Shown here piece by piece: positions 1 through 9,879 of a DNA stretch of 64,000 nucleotides. The translations under genes were made by a program, and so were the position numbers. The DNA comes from an uncultured Nitrospinota bacterium. GTDB taxonomy: Bacteria; Tectomicrobia; Entotheonellia; J063; CAVPRW01. How positions within the stretch are numbered: position 1 is the first letter of the stretch; each line of letters opens with the position of its first letter. The stretch spans positions 64,001-128,000 of the forward strand of contig CAVPRW010000031.1 in NCBI GenBank assembly GCA_963707985.1, in the 5' to 3' direction. The notes beneath the pieces are model-generated. The model made no database searches. It was not told where the DNA came from and saw only the letters and a list, made by a program, of their open reading frames with translations.

Positions 1-65
1 TCAACCTGTTGGGGGACGGTCTGCGGGATATTTTAGACCCACGCCTACGTCGCACGCGAAGCTGA
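1..65 (+). CDS. 3' end of peptide ABC transporter permease (DppC/OppC-like), partial
   Basis: Frame from nt 3 reads NLLGDGLRDILDPRLRRTRS*, the typical DppC/OppC C-terminus; lies directly upstream of two peptide ABC ATPases. Confidence 0.85.
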   Translation, partial: NLLGDGLRDILDPRLRRTRS

Positions 66-96
66 TACGCCAAGGTAAAGCAGAGAGGCAGGTCGC

Positions 97-1089
97 ATGT
101 CCGTACTAGAAATTAACGATCTGGTGATCGATTTCGAAACCGATCAGGGCGTGGTGGAGGCCATCGACCATCTCACACTAAGCGTCCGAGAGGGCGAAAT
201 CCTCGGTGTGGTGGGCGAGAGTGGCTGTGGCAAAACGACCGTGGCCCGTTCCATTTTGGGCGTTATCCCCCAACCACCGGCACGCCTGCGCTCTGGACAG
301 ATTCGCTTTCAGGGGGAAGATCTGCTGCATATGCCCGAGGCCAATCTCACGGCGCGTATCCGCGGCAAGGCGGTGACGGTCATCCCACAGGATCCGCTGG
401 CGGCGCTCAATCCACTATTTCCCATTGGCGTGCAACTCCGCGACCTCTTGCGATGGAGCGGCCGTGGCCGAGCATCAGGCGCGAAGGCGAATCGGGGACA
501 GATCGTTAATTTATTAAAGGCCGTACAATTGCCCTCCCCCGAGACCCAGTTGCGTAAATATCCCCATGAATTCAGCGGCGGGCAACGGCAACGGTTGCTG
601 ATCGCCGCCGCCCTGGCTCCCGATCCGACCCTGATCATCGCCGATGAGCCCACATCGGCCCTCGATGTCACGGTGCAGGCCCAAATTCTGCTCCTGTTGA
701 AGTCGCTGGTGAAAGAGCGAGGCACTTCGGTGGTCCTCATCACCCATGATCTTGGGGTGGTCGCCAAGCTCTGCGACCGTGTAGCCGTCATGTACGCCGG
801 ACAAGAGGCGGAGGTGGCACCGACGTCATCACTGTTCAGCCATCCCTCACACCCCTACACCCAGAAGCTGCTCGATAGCCTGCCCGACCGACAACAGGGG
901 GCGATTCAGGGGATTCCCGGCGTGGTCCCCAGTCTCATCGATCCCCCCCGCGGATGCCGCTTCCACACCCGGTGTGCCGACGTCATGCCGATCTGCCGTC
1001 AGGAGCGTCCTCCCGCCGTGGAGCTGTTTCCGGATCACCTGGTACGCTGTCACCTGTATCCCACGGATAACGGTACCTACGATGCCTGA
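97..1089 (+). CDS. oppD: Oligopeptide/dipeptide ABC transporter ATP-binding subunit
   Basis: Walker A GESGCGKT, signature FSGGQRQR, Walker B IIADEPT, C-terminal GCRFHTRC...C...CH oligopeptide-ABC tail. Confidence 0.93.
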   Translation: MSVLEINDLVIDFETDQGVVEAIDHLTLSVREGEILGVVGESGCGKTTVARSILGVIPQPPARLRSGQIRFQGEDLLHMPEANLTARIRGKAVTVIPQDPLAALNPLFPIGVQLRDLLRWSGRGRASGAKANRGQIVNLLKAVQLPSPETQLRKYPHEFSGGQRQRLLIAAALAPDPTLIIADEPTSALDVTVQAQILLLLKSLVKERGTSVVLITHDLGVVAKLCDRVAVMYAGQEAEVAPTSSLFSHPSHPYTQKLLDSLPDRQQGAIQGIPGVVPSLIDPPRGCRFHTRCADVMPICRQERPPAVELFPDHLVRCHLYPTDNGTYDA

Positions 1090-1157
1090 CAGCTGATCTC
1101 GCGACCCATCCCCAGGCGCACCGGCTGTGGCGCGCTGGTCTACTCATGTAGAAAGAG

Positions 1158-2189
1158 ATGGCGATGACTGATGTCCTCCTGGAAGTGCGCGAGCTGAAAA
1201 AATACTTTCCGGTCACCCACGGATTCCTGAAACGCATTGTCGGCTGGGTGAAAGCGGTCGATGGCGTCAGCTTTCGGGTCGCCCCTGGTGAGATCTTCGG
1301 TCTGGTCGGTGAGAGCGGTTGTGGAAAATCGACCCTCGGGAAGGCAATCCTCGGTCTCTTTCCACCAACGGCCGGTGAGGTGCGCTTCGAGGGACGCACG
1401 ATCAGCGGATTGCCACCCGATGATGCCCGCCGCGTGCGGCGCGATATCCAATACGTCTATCAGGATCCGGGCGCTTCTCTCGACCCCTGGTGGACTGTCG
1501 GGCGCAGTCTTCGCGAGCCGCTTGTCGTCCATATGGCGCTGTCTCGCCCGGAGATCCGCAAACGCGTCGAAGCCATGATCACCGAAGTGGGCCTGGAGCC
1601 GCACCATCTGCAGCGCTATCCCCACGAGTTCAGCGGTGGACAGCAACGTCGGCTCGCCCTGGCCCGGACATTGGTGCTGAACCCACGCCTGATTATCTTC
1701 GATGAACCGACCGCAGGCCTGGATGTTTCGGTACAGGCGACGATCCTGCGTTTCTTCAAACAGATGCAAGCGCAATTCGACCTGACATACATTTTCATCT
1801 CACATGATCTGGGTATCGTCCGCTTGATGTGCGATCGCGTCACCGTCATGTACCTGGGAGCGATTGTGGAGAGCGGCCCGACCGAGGCGATCTTCCAGTC
1901 TCCGACGCACCCATACACGCAGGCCCTACTGGCCGCCGTCCCGAAGCCGGAGGTCGGCCCATGGCAGGGGACGTTACTGGAGGGTGAGCCGCCAAGGCCA
2001 GATAATATGCCCACGGGCTGCCGCTTCCGGCTGCGCTGCCCGTATGCGCAGGACGATCCCTGTGCACGCATTGAGCCGACTCTCCAGCCCGTCGACGCTG
2101 GCCATATAGTCGCCTGCCACTTCGCTGACAAGCCCCCCTGGCAGTTCCCCCCCGGCCACAGCATTGACCGACATCAAGCAGATCCGTAG
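1158..2189 (+). CDS. oppF: Oligopeptide/dipeptide ABC transporter ATP-binding subunit
   Basis: KAVDGVSF, GESGCGKS, FSGGQQRR, HPYT and GCRFRLRC...ACH motifs. Confidence 0.93.
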   Translation: MAMTDVLLEVRELKKYFPVTHGFLKRIVGWVKAVDGVSFRVAPGEIFGLVGESGCGKSTLGKAILGLFPPTAGEVRFEGRTISGLPPDDARRVRRDIQYVYQDPGASLDPWWTVGRSLREPLVVHMALSRPEIRKRVEAMITEVGLEPHHLQRYPHEFSGGQQRRLALARTLVLNPRLIIFDEPTAGLDVSVQATILRFFKQMQAQFDLTYIFISHDLGIVRLMCDRVTVMYLGAIVESGPTEAIFQSPTHPYTQALLAAVPKPEVGPWQGTLLEGEPPRPDNMPTGCRFRLRCPYAQDDPCARIEPTLQPVDAGHIVACHFADKPPWQFPPGHSIDRHQADP

Positions 2190-2225
2190 AGGATACACCT
2201 CATCGCGACAAACTCGAGGATCCAT

Positions 2226-2483
2226 CTCGATCGCTCCAGGGGTGTGCTGAAGTCCGGCGGCACACTTGTCACCATTGCGGCCCAGAGCGAGGGGACTAGG
2301 GACCCAGCGGTCCGCGACGCGTTCTTCATCGTGGAGGCAAATCGCTCGCAACTGGCCGAAATTGCCCGACTGATCGATGACGGACAGATCCGAGTGCTCC
2401 TTCAGGAGGTATTTCCTCTCGCGCAGGCACGTCAAGCCTATGAGCAGGCACAGGGTGGAGGTAACCGGGGTAAGGTAGTATGA
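2226..2483 (+). pseudogene. C-terminal fragment of a zinc-type ADH / NADP quinone-oxidoreductase-like protein
   Basis: VLKSGGTLVTIA...QLAEIARLIDDGQIRV...VFPLAQARQAYE...RGKVV is the MDR C-terminus; N-terminal part absent. Confidence 0.75.
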
Positions 2484-2502
2484 CGCATGGTGAGCTAATG
2501 GC

Positions 2503-3294
2503 TCACCATGCGTCATAGGCGTTTCTGATCAGCTTGGGGTCGTAGGTACGCTCGAGCCGCCTGATGGTGAAGTGGCCGCGTGCCATGTCCTGAAAATGAT
2601 CGATGAAGACGCTGTTGATCAGCGCCCCACCCACGGCTCCAATTACCGGCACCGCCTGAGCCGCGAGTTTCTCCGACACGGCGACTCCAAAGCGAGACGC
2701 CACCTGTGTCAGGAACCTGACAAGCGCGGGAGCACCCTCCTGGGCCACACCCTTCTGGGCAATATGCTGCGTAGCCTCGGACACCGCGCGGGCGAAGCTC
2801 GCACGGATGGCAAAGTAGCCTGTTTTAGCGGCGTGATCGCCCTGCGAGGGCCCTCCGAAGGCGAACACCTGTAAGCAGGCCAGCTTGGCTTCCGGGGATT
2901 TTAGTTGCTCCCCTTCGCTTCTGGCGATGTCAGCGATGGAGCGGAGCATGACCGTGGTTGAGACCGGCAGTTCCACGGCGAGTGCTGGCAACCCGAAGAG
3001 GCCGCCAGATGCCCCCGAGGCGGCCACAGCAATCTTGTGAATCCTATCAGACGAAGCCCGTGTACCCGTGTTATCCACGGTGAGCAGGGCGACGTTCAGC
3101 GCCTGCTCCAGGGCTGTTGTGGTGGCGTAGGTGACGACCTCAGACCATTTGGCCGGCAAGAGGGCAAACCCCTTCTCAATGGGGATGCCAATGATACGGG
3201 TGATCTTGGCAGCCAGGCTTGGATGTTCCAGGAGGCGCTTCGCCTGTCGAAGTGCCTCGCCATCGTCCTGAGACAGGCCCATCATGTCATTCAT
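2503..3294 (-). CDS. EcsC-family protein
   Basis: GLFGLPALAVELPVSTTVMLRSIADIARSEG and AQAVPVIGAVGGALINSVFIDHFQDMARGHFTIRRLER; start set at the ATG after an AGGGG RBS. Confidence 0.85.
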   Translation of the reverse strand: MNDMMGLSQDDGEALRQAKRLLEHPSLAAKITRIIGIPIEKGFALLPAKWSEVVTYATTTALEQALNVALLTVDNTGTRASSDRIHKIAVAASGASGGLFGLPALAVELPVSTTVMLRSIADIARSEGEQLKSPEAKLACLQVFAFGGPSQGDHAAKTGYFAIRASFARAVSEATQHIAQKGVAQEGAPALVRFLTQVASRFGVAVSEKLAAQAVPVIGAVGGALINSVFIDHFQDMARGHFTIRRLERTYDPKLIRNAYDAW

Positions 3295-3573
3295 CCCCCT
3301 CACGGAGTCGTGGTCCCATACTTTCCCATTGCTCTCTTTCCGTGGGCCGCAGGATCGCCGCGGGTGATACGACATCGTCGCGGTTGTATGCGGCCGCGCC
3401 CTTCAGTGCGTCGACCAGCGCGTCAAACACGGTCGAACCGGCGTGTGTCATCAACCCTGTTGTCATGTGCTATTGCAGCGTGCGGTCCGTGCATTGCTGC
3501 GAGTTGGTCGGATGAACTCTCATGTACCCCAAAATCTGCACTACTATAGAGAGGCGGGCCAGCCTTTCAAGAG

Positions 3574-4110
3574 CTATTTTTCTCCGCCCAGCGAACGGAT
3601 ATGGTCGAGGTCCAGTTGTCCTGCGGATCCCCAGCCTTGTTTCCCCTCTGGTACGTCAGGGCGAAACTGCTCATACAGCGAGTAGGCGTGAGCCGCCAGT
3701 TGGTCTGGTGTATAGGCTTTGGCCAACGCTTCCATGGCAGCCTGTACATCGGCCAACTCGTGACCGAACTTCTGTGCCAAGTAGCGCCTCACGCCAGCCG
3801 GATCGATCGGTTGACCTTTGACCGTGGCTCGCACGCCTTGGTCCGTCCTGATGACCCGCACCCGCCGATTCAGCAGGTTCACCAGAAATTGCTCGCCCGG
3901 TTGCCCTGCCTTCGATTCCCTTGCCTCTGGTGAGCTTTGTGCTTCCTCGAAGATCCCCAGTTGCCTCCCTTTCGATTGGGCATCGAGCCCGGCTACGGCC
4001 TTACCGAATGTTAGCGCGGCTTCATGATCGTAGCCCAACCGCTCGGCAACCACGGTGGTCCAGAGGGTGAGGACAGGAGCACGATTGATTTTGCCTGTGT
4101 GTGTCGCCAT
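3574..4110 (-). CDS. Conserved hypothetical protein
   Basis: AGGAG RBS, ATG at 4110; INRAPVLTLW...YEQFRPDVPEGKQGWG looks like a conserved uncharacterised family. Confidence 0.75.
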   Translation of the reverse strand: MATHTGKINRAPVLTLWTTVVAERLGYDHEAALTFGKAVAGLDAQSKGRQLGIFEEAQSSPEARESKAGQPGEQFLVNLLNRRVRVIRTDQGVRATVKGQPIDPAGVRRYLAQKFGHELADVQAAMEALAKAYTPDQLAAHAYSLYEQFRPDVPEGKQGWGSAGQLDLDHIRSLGGEK

Positions 4111-4546
4111 CGCTTTGACTCCTCTGCTTCCCCGTCGGTTTGGACGGCCAAACGTATACCAACAGAGTGGCGAGATGAGTGGCCTACTATACACATCCAG
4201 TGTACCAGGGTACGAGGAGGCGCGCAAAGGAGCGAGTCTTTGCGAGAAATGGGCAGGGGCGCACAGAGAAAAAGGGGTGTTTAGAGCTCGGCGCTGTCAC
4301 TCTCTTGCTGGTCCGCAAATCGGCGCAAATCAGCAAGGTAGGCGCGGGGCAGTGCGACCCTTCGAGGGGCTTGAGTTGTTGATTTCTTGCGTAGTCAAGG
4401 ATACAATCGAGTTGAATTAGTTTCATGAGATTATAAATAATAATTATTGGTTAAAATGCGCACCGTCATCTGATAACGCATGATCTGAGCAAAATGACAA
4501 GTTAGCCACTGGCGGAATAATGAATACTGTTACAGGAGATGACCCC

Positions 4547-4951
4547 ATGTATCGGATCACTTCGACGTTTTCCGCCGTTGCGATGCTCGCGGGCGCCACA
4601 GCTTACGCCATGACCGGGGGCAGCGTCGCAGCTGGGTTCCATGGCACATGGGTCCCTGGTTCAGCTGCCTGCACATCGCCGCTCAAGCTGATGATCGAGG
4701 CCAACGTGGTCACCTTCGTGAATGGCACCCAGCGAGCGGAGTACCGCCAGCTAGAGCAGTGCTTCACCTGCATGGGCCGCGACGTTGACAATGTCACCTT
4801 GCTCTCCACAGACGCGATGGGCGACTCACCGTTCCTCATCTATCTCGACGCATCCAAGAAAAAGACTACCGTGCGGGTCGATTTTAGCAACGATAAGAAG
4901 CTTGGGACTCGCTTTCCCTTCGGCACGGCCGCGCTGAAGAAGTGCGCCTGA
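4547..4951 (+). CDS. Secreted hypothetical protein (cassette-like), CxxC-containing
   Basis: AGGAG RBS; signal-peptide-like N-terminus (...AVAMLAGATAYA); CFTC motif. Confidence 0.7.
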   Translation: MYRITSTFSAVAMLAGATAYAMTGGSVAAGFHGTWVPGSAACTSPLKLMIEANVVTFVNGTQRAEYRQLEQCFTCMGRDVDNVTLLSTDAMGDSPFLIYLDASKKKTTVRVDFSNDKKLGTRFPFGTAALKKCA

Positions 4952-5277
4952 TGCCTCGCCGTCGCCAGGTTCCCCCGCCGCTGTACCAGTAATTCACCTG
5001 TGACGGAAGCTGTTCGAGCGAATTCTTGCTTCACAGGCAGGATGATAGTCAACGATTTGATCAGTACCTTTCACGGTAAGACGCCTGGCGGCAACGTGAG
5101 GGAGAGATTTCAGTGCGACTCGGATGAGCACAATTTGTTGCAAGGGTTGCGGGATCGGGATTTGATTCGACCAGCAGAAGCATGTAGCTGAAAGGAGGAC
5201 AAGCATCCGGTGCTCACCCGGTTCGCAAGACTTGTGGTCAAGGTGCGAGCAGAGTAGCTCAAAACGCAAGAGAGGGG

Positions 5278-5429
5278 GCCTAACGAGATGGTGCACCTGA
5301 CAGGGGCCGCATCGCGACTTTTAGGGGTTCGACGTCTCACCGGCCGGGGGCGGCACCACGACTCTCTGCTTGCAGCACAGGCGTACAAAGCCCCGCTGGC
5401 CCCCCGTTCGCTGCAGCGCCGGGTTAGGC
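5278..5429. other. attC-like integron recombination site (possibly composite)
   Basis: GCCTAAC (5278-5284) ... GTTAGGC (5423-5429), perfectly complementary R boxes; both strands give attC-type translations (PNEMVHLTGAA / PNPALQRT). Confidence 0.65.
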
Positions 5430-5562
5430 GAGGGGTTTCGTACGAACACCCGCCCTACACACGGCTGCTGGACTGGAGCCACAAGGCACTCTGACTCCGC
5501 CCCGGATTTCGCTGCCACACTGACACACATGATGTCCTTGCGCCAATCATGGCATGGCCTCG

Positions 5563-5880
5563 TCACATGGCAATTTCTTGATACCCCCCCGGTATGATAC
5601 GCTCAACAGCCGCTTGGATCATATCGATCCGCAATTGGATACGTGGCCACGATGTTGAAAGGAGCACGATAATGGCGAGTTGCCTGTCGGCAAGATGCTG
5701 CTGGTATCGCAAATTCTGATCCGTCGTCATCAAGAGGTCGTAGCCCTCTTGTTCCGCCACATCAAGTAACTTCCCATTGTGCAAAGCTGACCACCCATGC
5801 TCAAATGCCGTGTCCACAACATGAGGGGTCAGATGCCGACGGAGTGGGACCGGTGTCCCCTGATCAAAGAGCATTCTCAT
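5563..5880 (-). CDS. PIN-like (DUF5615/VapC45-type) toxin
   Basis: MRMLFDQGTP...NGKLL...LMTTDQNLRYQQ; ATGA overlap with the upstream DUF433 gene. Confidence 0.85.
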   Translation of the reverse strand: MRMLFDQGTPVPLRRHLTPHVVDTAFEHGWSALHNGKLLDVAEQEGYDLLMTTDQNLRYQQHLADRQLAIIVLLSTSWPRIQLRIDMIQAAVERIIPGGYQEIAM

Positions 5881-6104
5881 GAGGCTTCTGGGTGCGCCGC
5901 AGCCATCGCTCCGTGTTCGAGGACGGCTTCGACTTGAGAGCGTTGTACGCCGGGAAACCACTCGAGAAACTGAGCGATTGAGGCGCCATCTCGGAGATTT
6001 TCAAACAGAGCAGCCAAAGGCACACGTGTTCCCCGAAACACCCAAGCCCCACCGAGCTTCTCCGGGTGACGCTCCACCGCATCACAATCTTTCCATCGAT
6101 CCAT
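5877..6104 (-). CDS. DUF433-family antitoxin
   Basis: PEKLGGAWVFRGTRVPLAALFENLRDGASIAQFLEWFPGV. Confidence 0.9.
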   Translation of the reverse strand: MDRWKDCDAVERHPEKLGGAWVFRGTRVPLAALFENLRDGASIAQFLEWFPGVQRSQVEAVLEHGAMAAAHPEAS

Positions 6105-6151
6105 ACGATTACCTCATGCTCAACCCAAAGAAACCAGCTCACGACTCGTTC

Positions 6152-6306
6152 GCCGAACGGCTTACGGCTGAGCGGCCGCATGACCTGACTCAGCCCAAGC
6201 AGACCCCGCGAGGAGTAATACATCTGCCAAACTTCAAACAGAACGAAGACTGCAATGGACACAAGCATGAGCAGAGCCGCCCACAGGGCCTGCTGCTTGG
6301 TTATGT
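6152..6306 (+). other. attC-like site (long type)
   Basis: GCCGAAC-GGCTTACGGCTGAGCGGCCG ... CTGCTGCTTG-GTTATGT; R''/R'-like ends flank the DUF433/PIN pair. Confidence 0.5.
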
Positions 6307-6589
6307 ACTCCTTGCCGCGCGACCAGAGGCCGAAGAAGCCCGCGTAAGCGGCCAGGATGATGAGATGAGTGTCCGCGGTCGCCTTGTCTAGGCCGCGCTC
6401 AAAATCTTTATCTGGGACTCGATCAACTCCTCAGCTTGTCGCTTCTCTTCGCCTTCAGCCGCCTTCTGGAGTAGTTCCTGCATACGACCGTTGGCCATCT
6501 GTTGCCTTTTCGAGCCCTCACGAGTAAGCGTTGTTGTGGCGCGTAGCCGACACAACAACGCTGTTGAACGGCACCCCCGCTCATGTCCT

Positions 6590-6925
6590 CGGGAATGGTC
6601 ATCCAGCTGGCACCGCTTGAGAAGCGTTTTCGTGGGGATGTCGGCGGATGGCCTAGGCGACTGGGAGGAAGGAAAATTGATCGTCGGCCATGATTGGGTC
6701 CCCCTGTTCTGCAGCAGTGCACCGGGGCACAGAACGTCGAATGTCTCGCGCGTGCCTGGCTGGGTGCTTCGGTGTTGAGGGTCTCGCCATCCAGCATTCC
6801 CGATGGCCAGACGAGCCGGAGATGACACCCCCGGCATGGGCGCGCGGGTCAGACTTCTGGATGGTCCAGCCATGCTCTTCCGTATGCGACAGCGCTTCAC
6901 GAACATATCGGTTCAGATGGTCGAC
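6590..6925 (-). pseudogene. Decayed HicA-like toxin plus start of its partner gene
   Basis: HLNRYVREALSHTEEHGWTIQKSDPRAHA...STPKHPARHARDIRRSV resembles HicA-like mRNA interferases; downstream MADDQFSF reading is interrupted by stops. Confidence 0.5.
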
Positions 6926-7286
6926 TCGTTCCTTGCCTGTGCGATGCTTGTGGGGTTGGTAGGGACCTTCTCCCATGATGTCACCGTCCAATGGCAGCGG
7001 GCACCAAGAGGCGTCCAGCGCGGTATAGACGCGTGCCGCCGGATGGAGTACAGTAGGGCCGTCAGGAGTCGCATGGGAGACGGCCTGGCGAAAGGCGAGC
7101 GGAGTGTACCAGCGGGCGATGGTGGTCAGTCCGGACCTCGCGCACCGTGCGCACGAATGTGTCCAGTGGCTTGTACGACAGCACGTGGTGAGCCTTATCG
7201 ATCAACGACGACCTTACCAATCCCAGGGGACACCCCGATGGGCGTCACGTTACCCCTGGCTCAGACATTCGTGAAGGAGGGGTCTC

Positions 7287-8327
7287 ATGGCAGACGAAGA
7301 TATTCGCGTTGGTCTGATCGGTGCAGGTGGCAATGTTCGCAACCGCCACATCCCCGGCTTTCGCAAGGTGAAAGGGGTGGAGATCGTGGGGGTGGTCAAT
7401 CGCAGTCTCGAGTCGAGCCAACGTGTGGCAGACCAATTCAACATTTCCCGAGTGTACAATACTTGGCAGGAATTGTTGGATGACGACGAAATCAACGCCA
7501 TCTGCATCGGCACCTGGCCCTACATGCACCGCCCGCTCACCTTAGCGGCGCTGGAGCAGGGTAAACACGTGCTCACCGAGGCGCGCATGGCCTCTACGGC
7601 CCAGGAGGCCCGTGACATGCTGGCAGCGTCGAGGAGTCGGCCGCAGCTCGTGTGCCAGTTGACCCCCACATCCACGACCTACAGAATCGACAAGGTTCTG
7701 CAGCGATTGATCGGTGAGGGCTTCCTCGGCGAGTTGCTATCCGTCGAGGTCCAGGCCCTGCAAAACCGCTTTGCTGATCGTGGTGGGGAGTTGCACTGGC
7801 GCCACGACTGGGAGCTCAGTGGGTACAATACCCTGAATATCGGCGCCGCCTATGAGTCCATGATGCGTTGGGTGGGACGGGGCAACCGGGTCATGGCCAT
7901 GGCCAAAACTCACGTGCCGTACCGGCGTAAAGCCAATGGGGCGCTCACTTCCGTCAGCATTCCCGACCATGTGGATATCCTCTACGAATTGGCGAATGGG
8001 GCACAGGTCCACATGAGGATGAGTGCCACCACCGGACTCTCGACGGGTAATCAGATCTGGTTTTACGGCACCGAGGGCACCATCCATGTGGACCAGCAGC
8101 AAAAAATCTTCGCCGGACGTCGCGACGACAAGCAGCTCTCCGAGGTTCCCAATCCTCCGGAGGCGCAGGCCTTCTACCGCGTGGAGGAAGAGTTCACCAA
8201 CGCGATTCGTGGCACGGAAGAGATCACCATGGTCCCCTTCGAATCGGGCGTGCATTACATGGAGTGGACCGAAGCGGTGATCCGCAGCGCCCAAACCGGG
8301 CAGGCGGTCTACCTGCCGCTGTCATGA
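7287..8327 (+). CDS. Gfo/Idh/MocA-family oxidoreductase
   Basis: RVGLIGAGG Rossmann motif, ICIGTWPYMH, GKHVLTEARMA; AAGGAGG RBS. Confidence 0.9.
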   Translation: MADEDIRVGLIGAGGNVRNRHIPGFRKVKGVEIVGVVNRSLESSQRVADQFNISRVYNTWQELLDDDEINAICIGTWPYMHRPLTLAALEQGKHVLTEARMASTAQEARDMLAASRSRPQLVCQLTPTSTTYRIDKVLQRLIGEGFLGELLSVEVQALQNRFADRGGELHWRHDWELSGYNTLNIGAAYESMMRWVGRGNRVMAMAKTHVPYRRKANGALTSVSIPDHVDILYELANGAQVHMRMSATTGLSTGNQIWFYGTEGTIHVDQQQKIFAGRRDDKQLSEVPNPPEAQAFYRVEEEFTNAIRGTEEITMVPFESGVHYMEWTEAVIRSAQTGQAVYLPLS

Positions 8328-8483
8328 GCTGTCAACCCCATCCTTGGCCAAGGCAGGGCATGGGGTAGCCGCCGGACGCTGTGTGCGGTAAAGACCACGC
8401 GGATCATGGTGGTTGGCGTGGACGGGGCGGTGTTTTGATCTGGTGACGGAGAAAGATCCTGCAGGGTAAGTGAGGGACCGCGT

Positions 8484-8711
8484 ATGGCTATCGCGCCTGA
8501 AGCCCTGGTATATTCCACCGAGCAGGGCGATCTGCGCAAACGGCAGCCATCTGCCCCGCAGGGTCTTGCCCACCCTCCAATGCAGGACACCGCTGTCATC
8601 CAACGGACCTCGAAAGGCCGCGGCGGCAAGGTGGTGACCCTGATCAAACACCTGCACCTGTCCCTGGACGACTATAAAGCCCTGACGAAATACCTCAAAG
8701 AGACCTGCGGG
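8484..8711 (+). pseudogene. yciH: SUI1/YciH translation-initiation factor, C-terminally truncated
   Basis: LVYSTE...KGRGGKVVTLI...LKETCG, then runs into transposase sequence instead of GGTVKDGxIEIQG. Confidence 0.75.
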
Positions 8712-8847
8712 AGTGTGCAAGAACTGTTGTCGTAGCATGGGCCGCCGCCTCGCTGGACACCACCCAAGCATCGTGGGCGTCCCGCACATGCGCTCAAACG
8801 CCTTAGGGAGCAGTGGTGCGGGGACCACGGTTAGCTGTGGAGCTACC
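8712..8847 (+). mobile_element. 3' end remnant of an IS1-like element with terminal IR
   Basis: Reads SVQELLS*HGPPPRWTPPKHRGRP; ends GACCACGGTTAGCTGTGGAGCTACC, 23/25 identical to the reverse complement of 56547-56571. Confidence 0.7.
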
Positions 8848-9004
8848 AGCTGTCAAGAATCCTGATGGATTGAAGTATTATAACGAATACCAGCACGTCC
8901 TCATGCGCACGAACCAGGAGGAAAATACGCCCTTGTGTCATCTTCATTCGCGCCAGAACGTACCATCCATCAGTGCTAAAGAGCTACTCTGAAAAGGCCC
9001 CATC

Positions 9005-9120
9005 TACAGCCCATCGCAGCCTATATTCGAGCCGCCAACGCTCATGACACGCCTGCGGTGCTCCGCACCATCACCGCCGATGCCGTGGTGACAGACGAGG
9101 GACGCGCGTACCGTGGTCAC
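9005..9120 (+). pseudogene. SnoaL/NTF2-like fragment
   Basis: QPIAAYIRAANAHDTPAVLRTITADAVVTDEGRAYRG resembles an NTF2-like N-terminus; no intact continuation. Confidence 0.5.
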
Positions 9121-9879
9121 GGTTCGGCAAAGCGGACGTCACACGACTGGTCGCCGATTCCGGCATTATCTGCTCGCGCGCCAAGATGCCACTCCAGGAG
9201 CGATGAACAGATGGTTTACGGTAAGAAGGAGTTTCTTCTCGCTCCCAAAGTGCATCAGATGCCGTATCCTGCGAACACACAAAGTGGTTTGTAGGAAGGC
9301 ACTTGGGCAGTTCCCCATGGTGTGAGCGTATGTGCCACCATCTAGACCATGTGCCCCACATGTTTCTGTCCTTAGCCAGGGTGTATCGCTCCCTGCGCGA
9401 GCTAGAAGCAGTCCATCACCACAGTGGAGCTAGACTCTCTAAACCCTGGAATATACCTCTTTGGGGGGTTGTGCAAAAAATCCCAGTATGCCCAAGCTTT
9501 CTCCAAGCCGCGCCGGGATGCTGCATACTGGCAACAGGTCATGTCCAGGCAAGACTTCAAGGTTGAACTGATCTGGACGAAGGACGCTTCAACCGGGCCC
9601 TATGGCATGGCTTGATGAGTGAGGATCGCCTGGATCCGGAAATTCGCCACGGGCGTAACCTATCTGCCCCATGTTTTTGACCCAAAGACGGCAGCTGTAT
9701 CCGAGGCATCCGGTAGTTGAAATCCTCCGGGTGGGCTGATCGCCCACGGGAATTATACGCTCTCCCGCTCATCGCCCATGAGGTGACCCGGTAGAACGCC
9801 GGAAAGATTCGACTTGACCTGTTGCCATTGGATGTGGTCTGCTCCTTATACCTCGATATGAGCCGATGGAGATACAAGC

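Noticed and set aside
9420..9860. Protein-like fragments upstream of htrA
   Set aside because: Multiple stops and no family I can recognise
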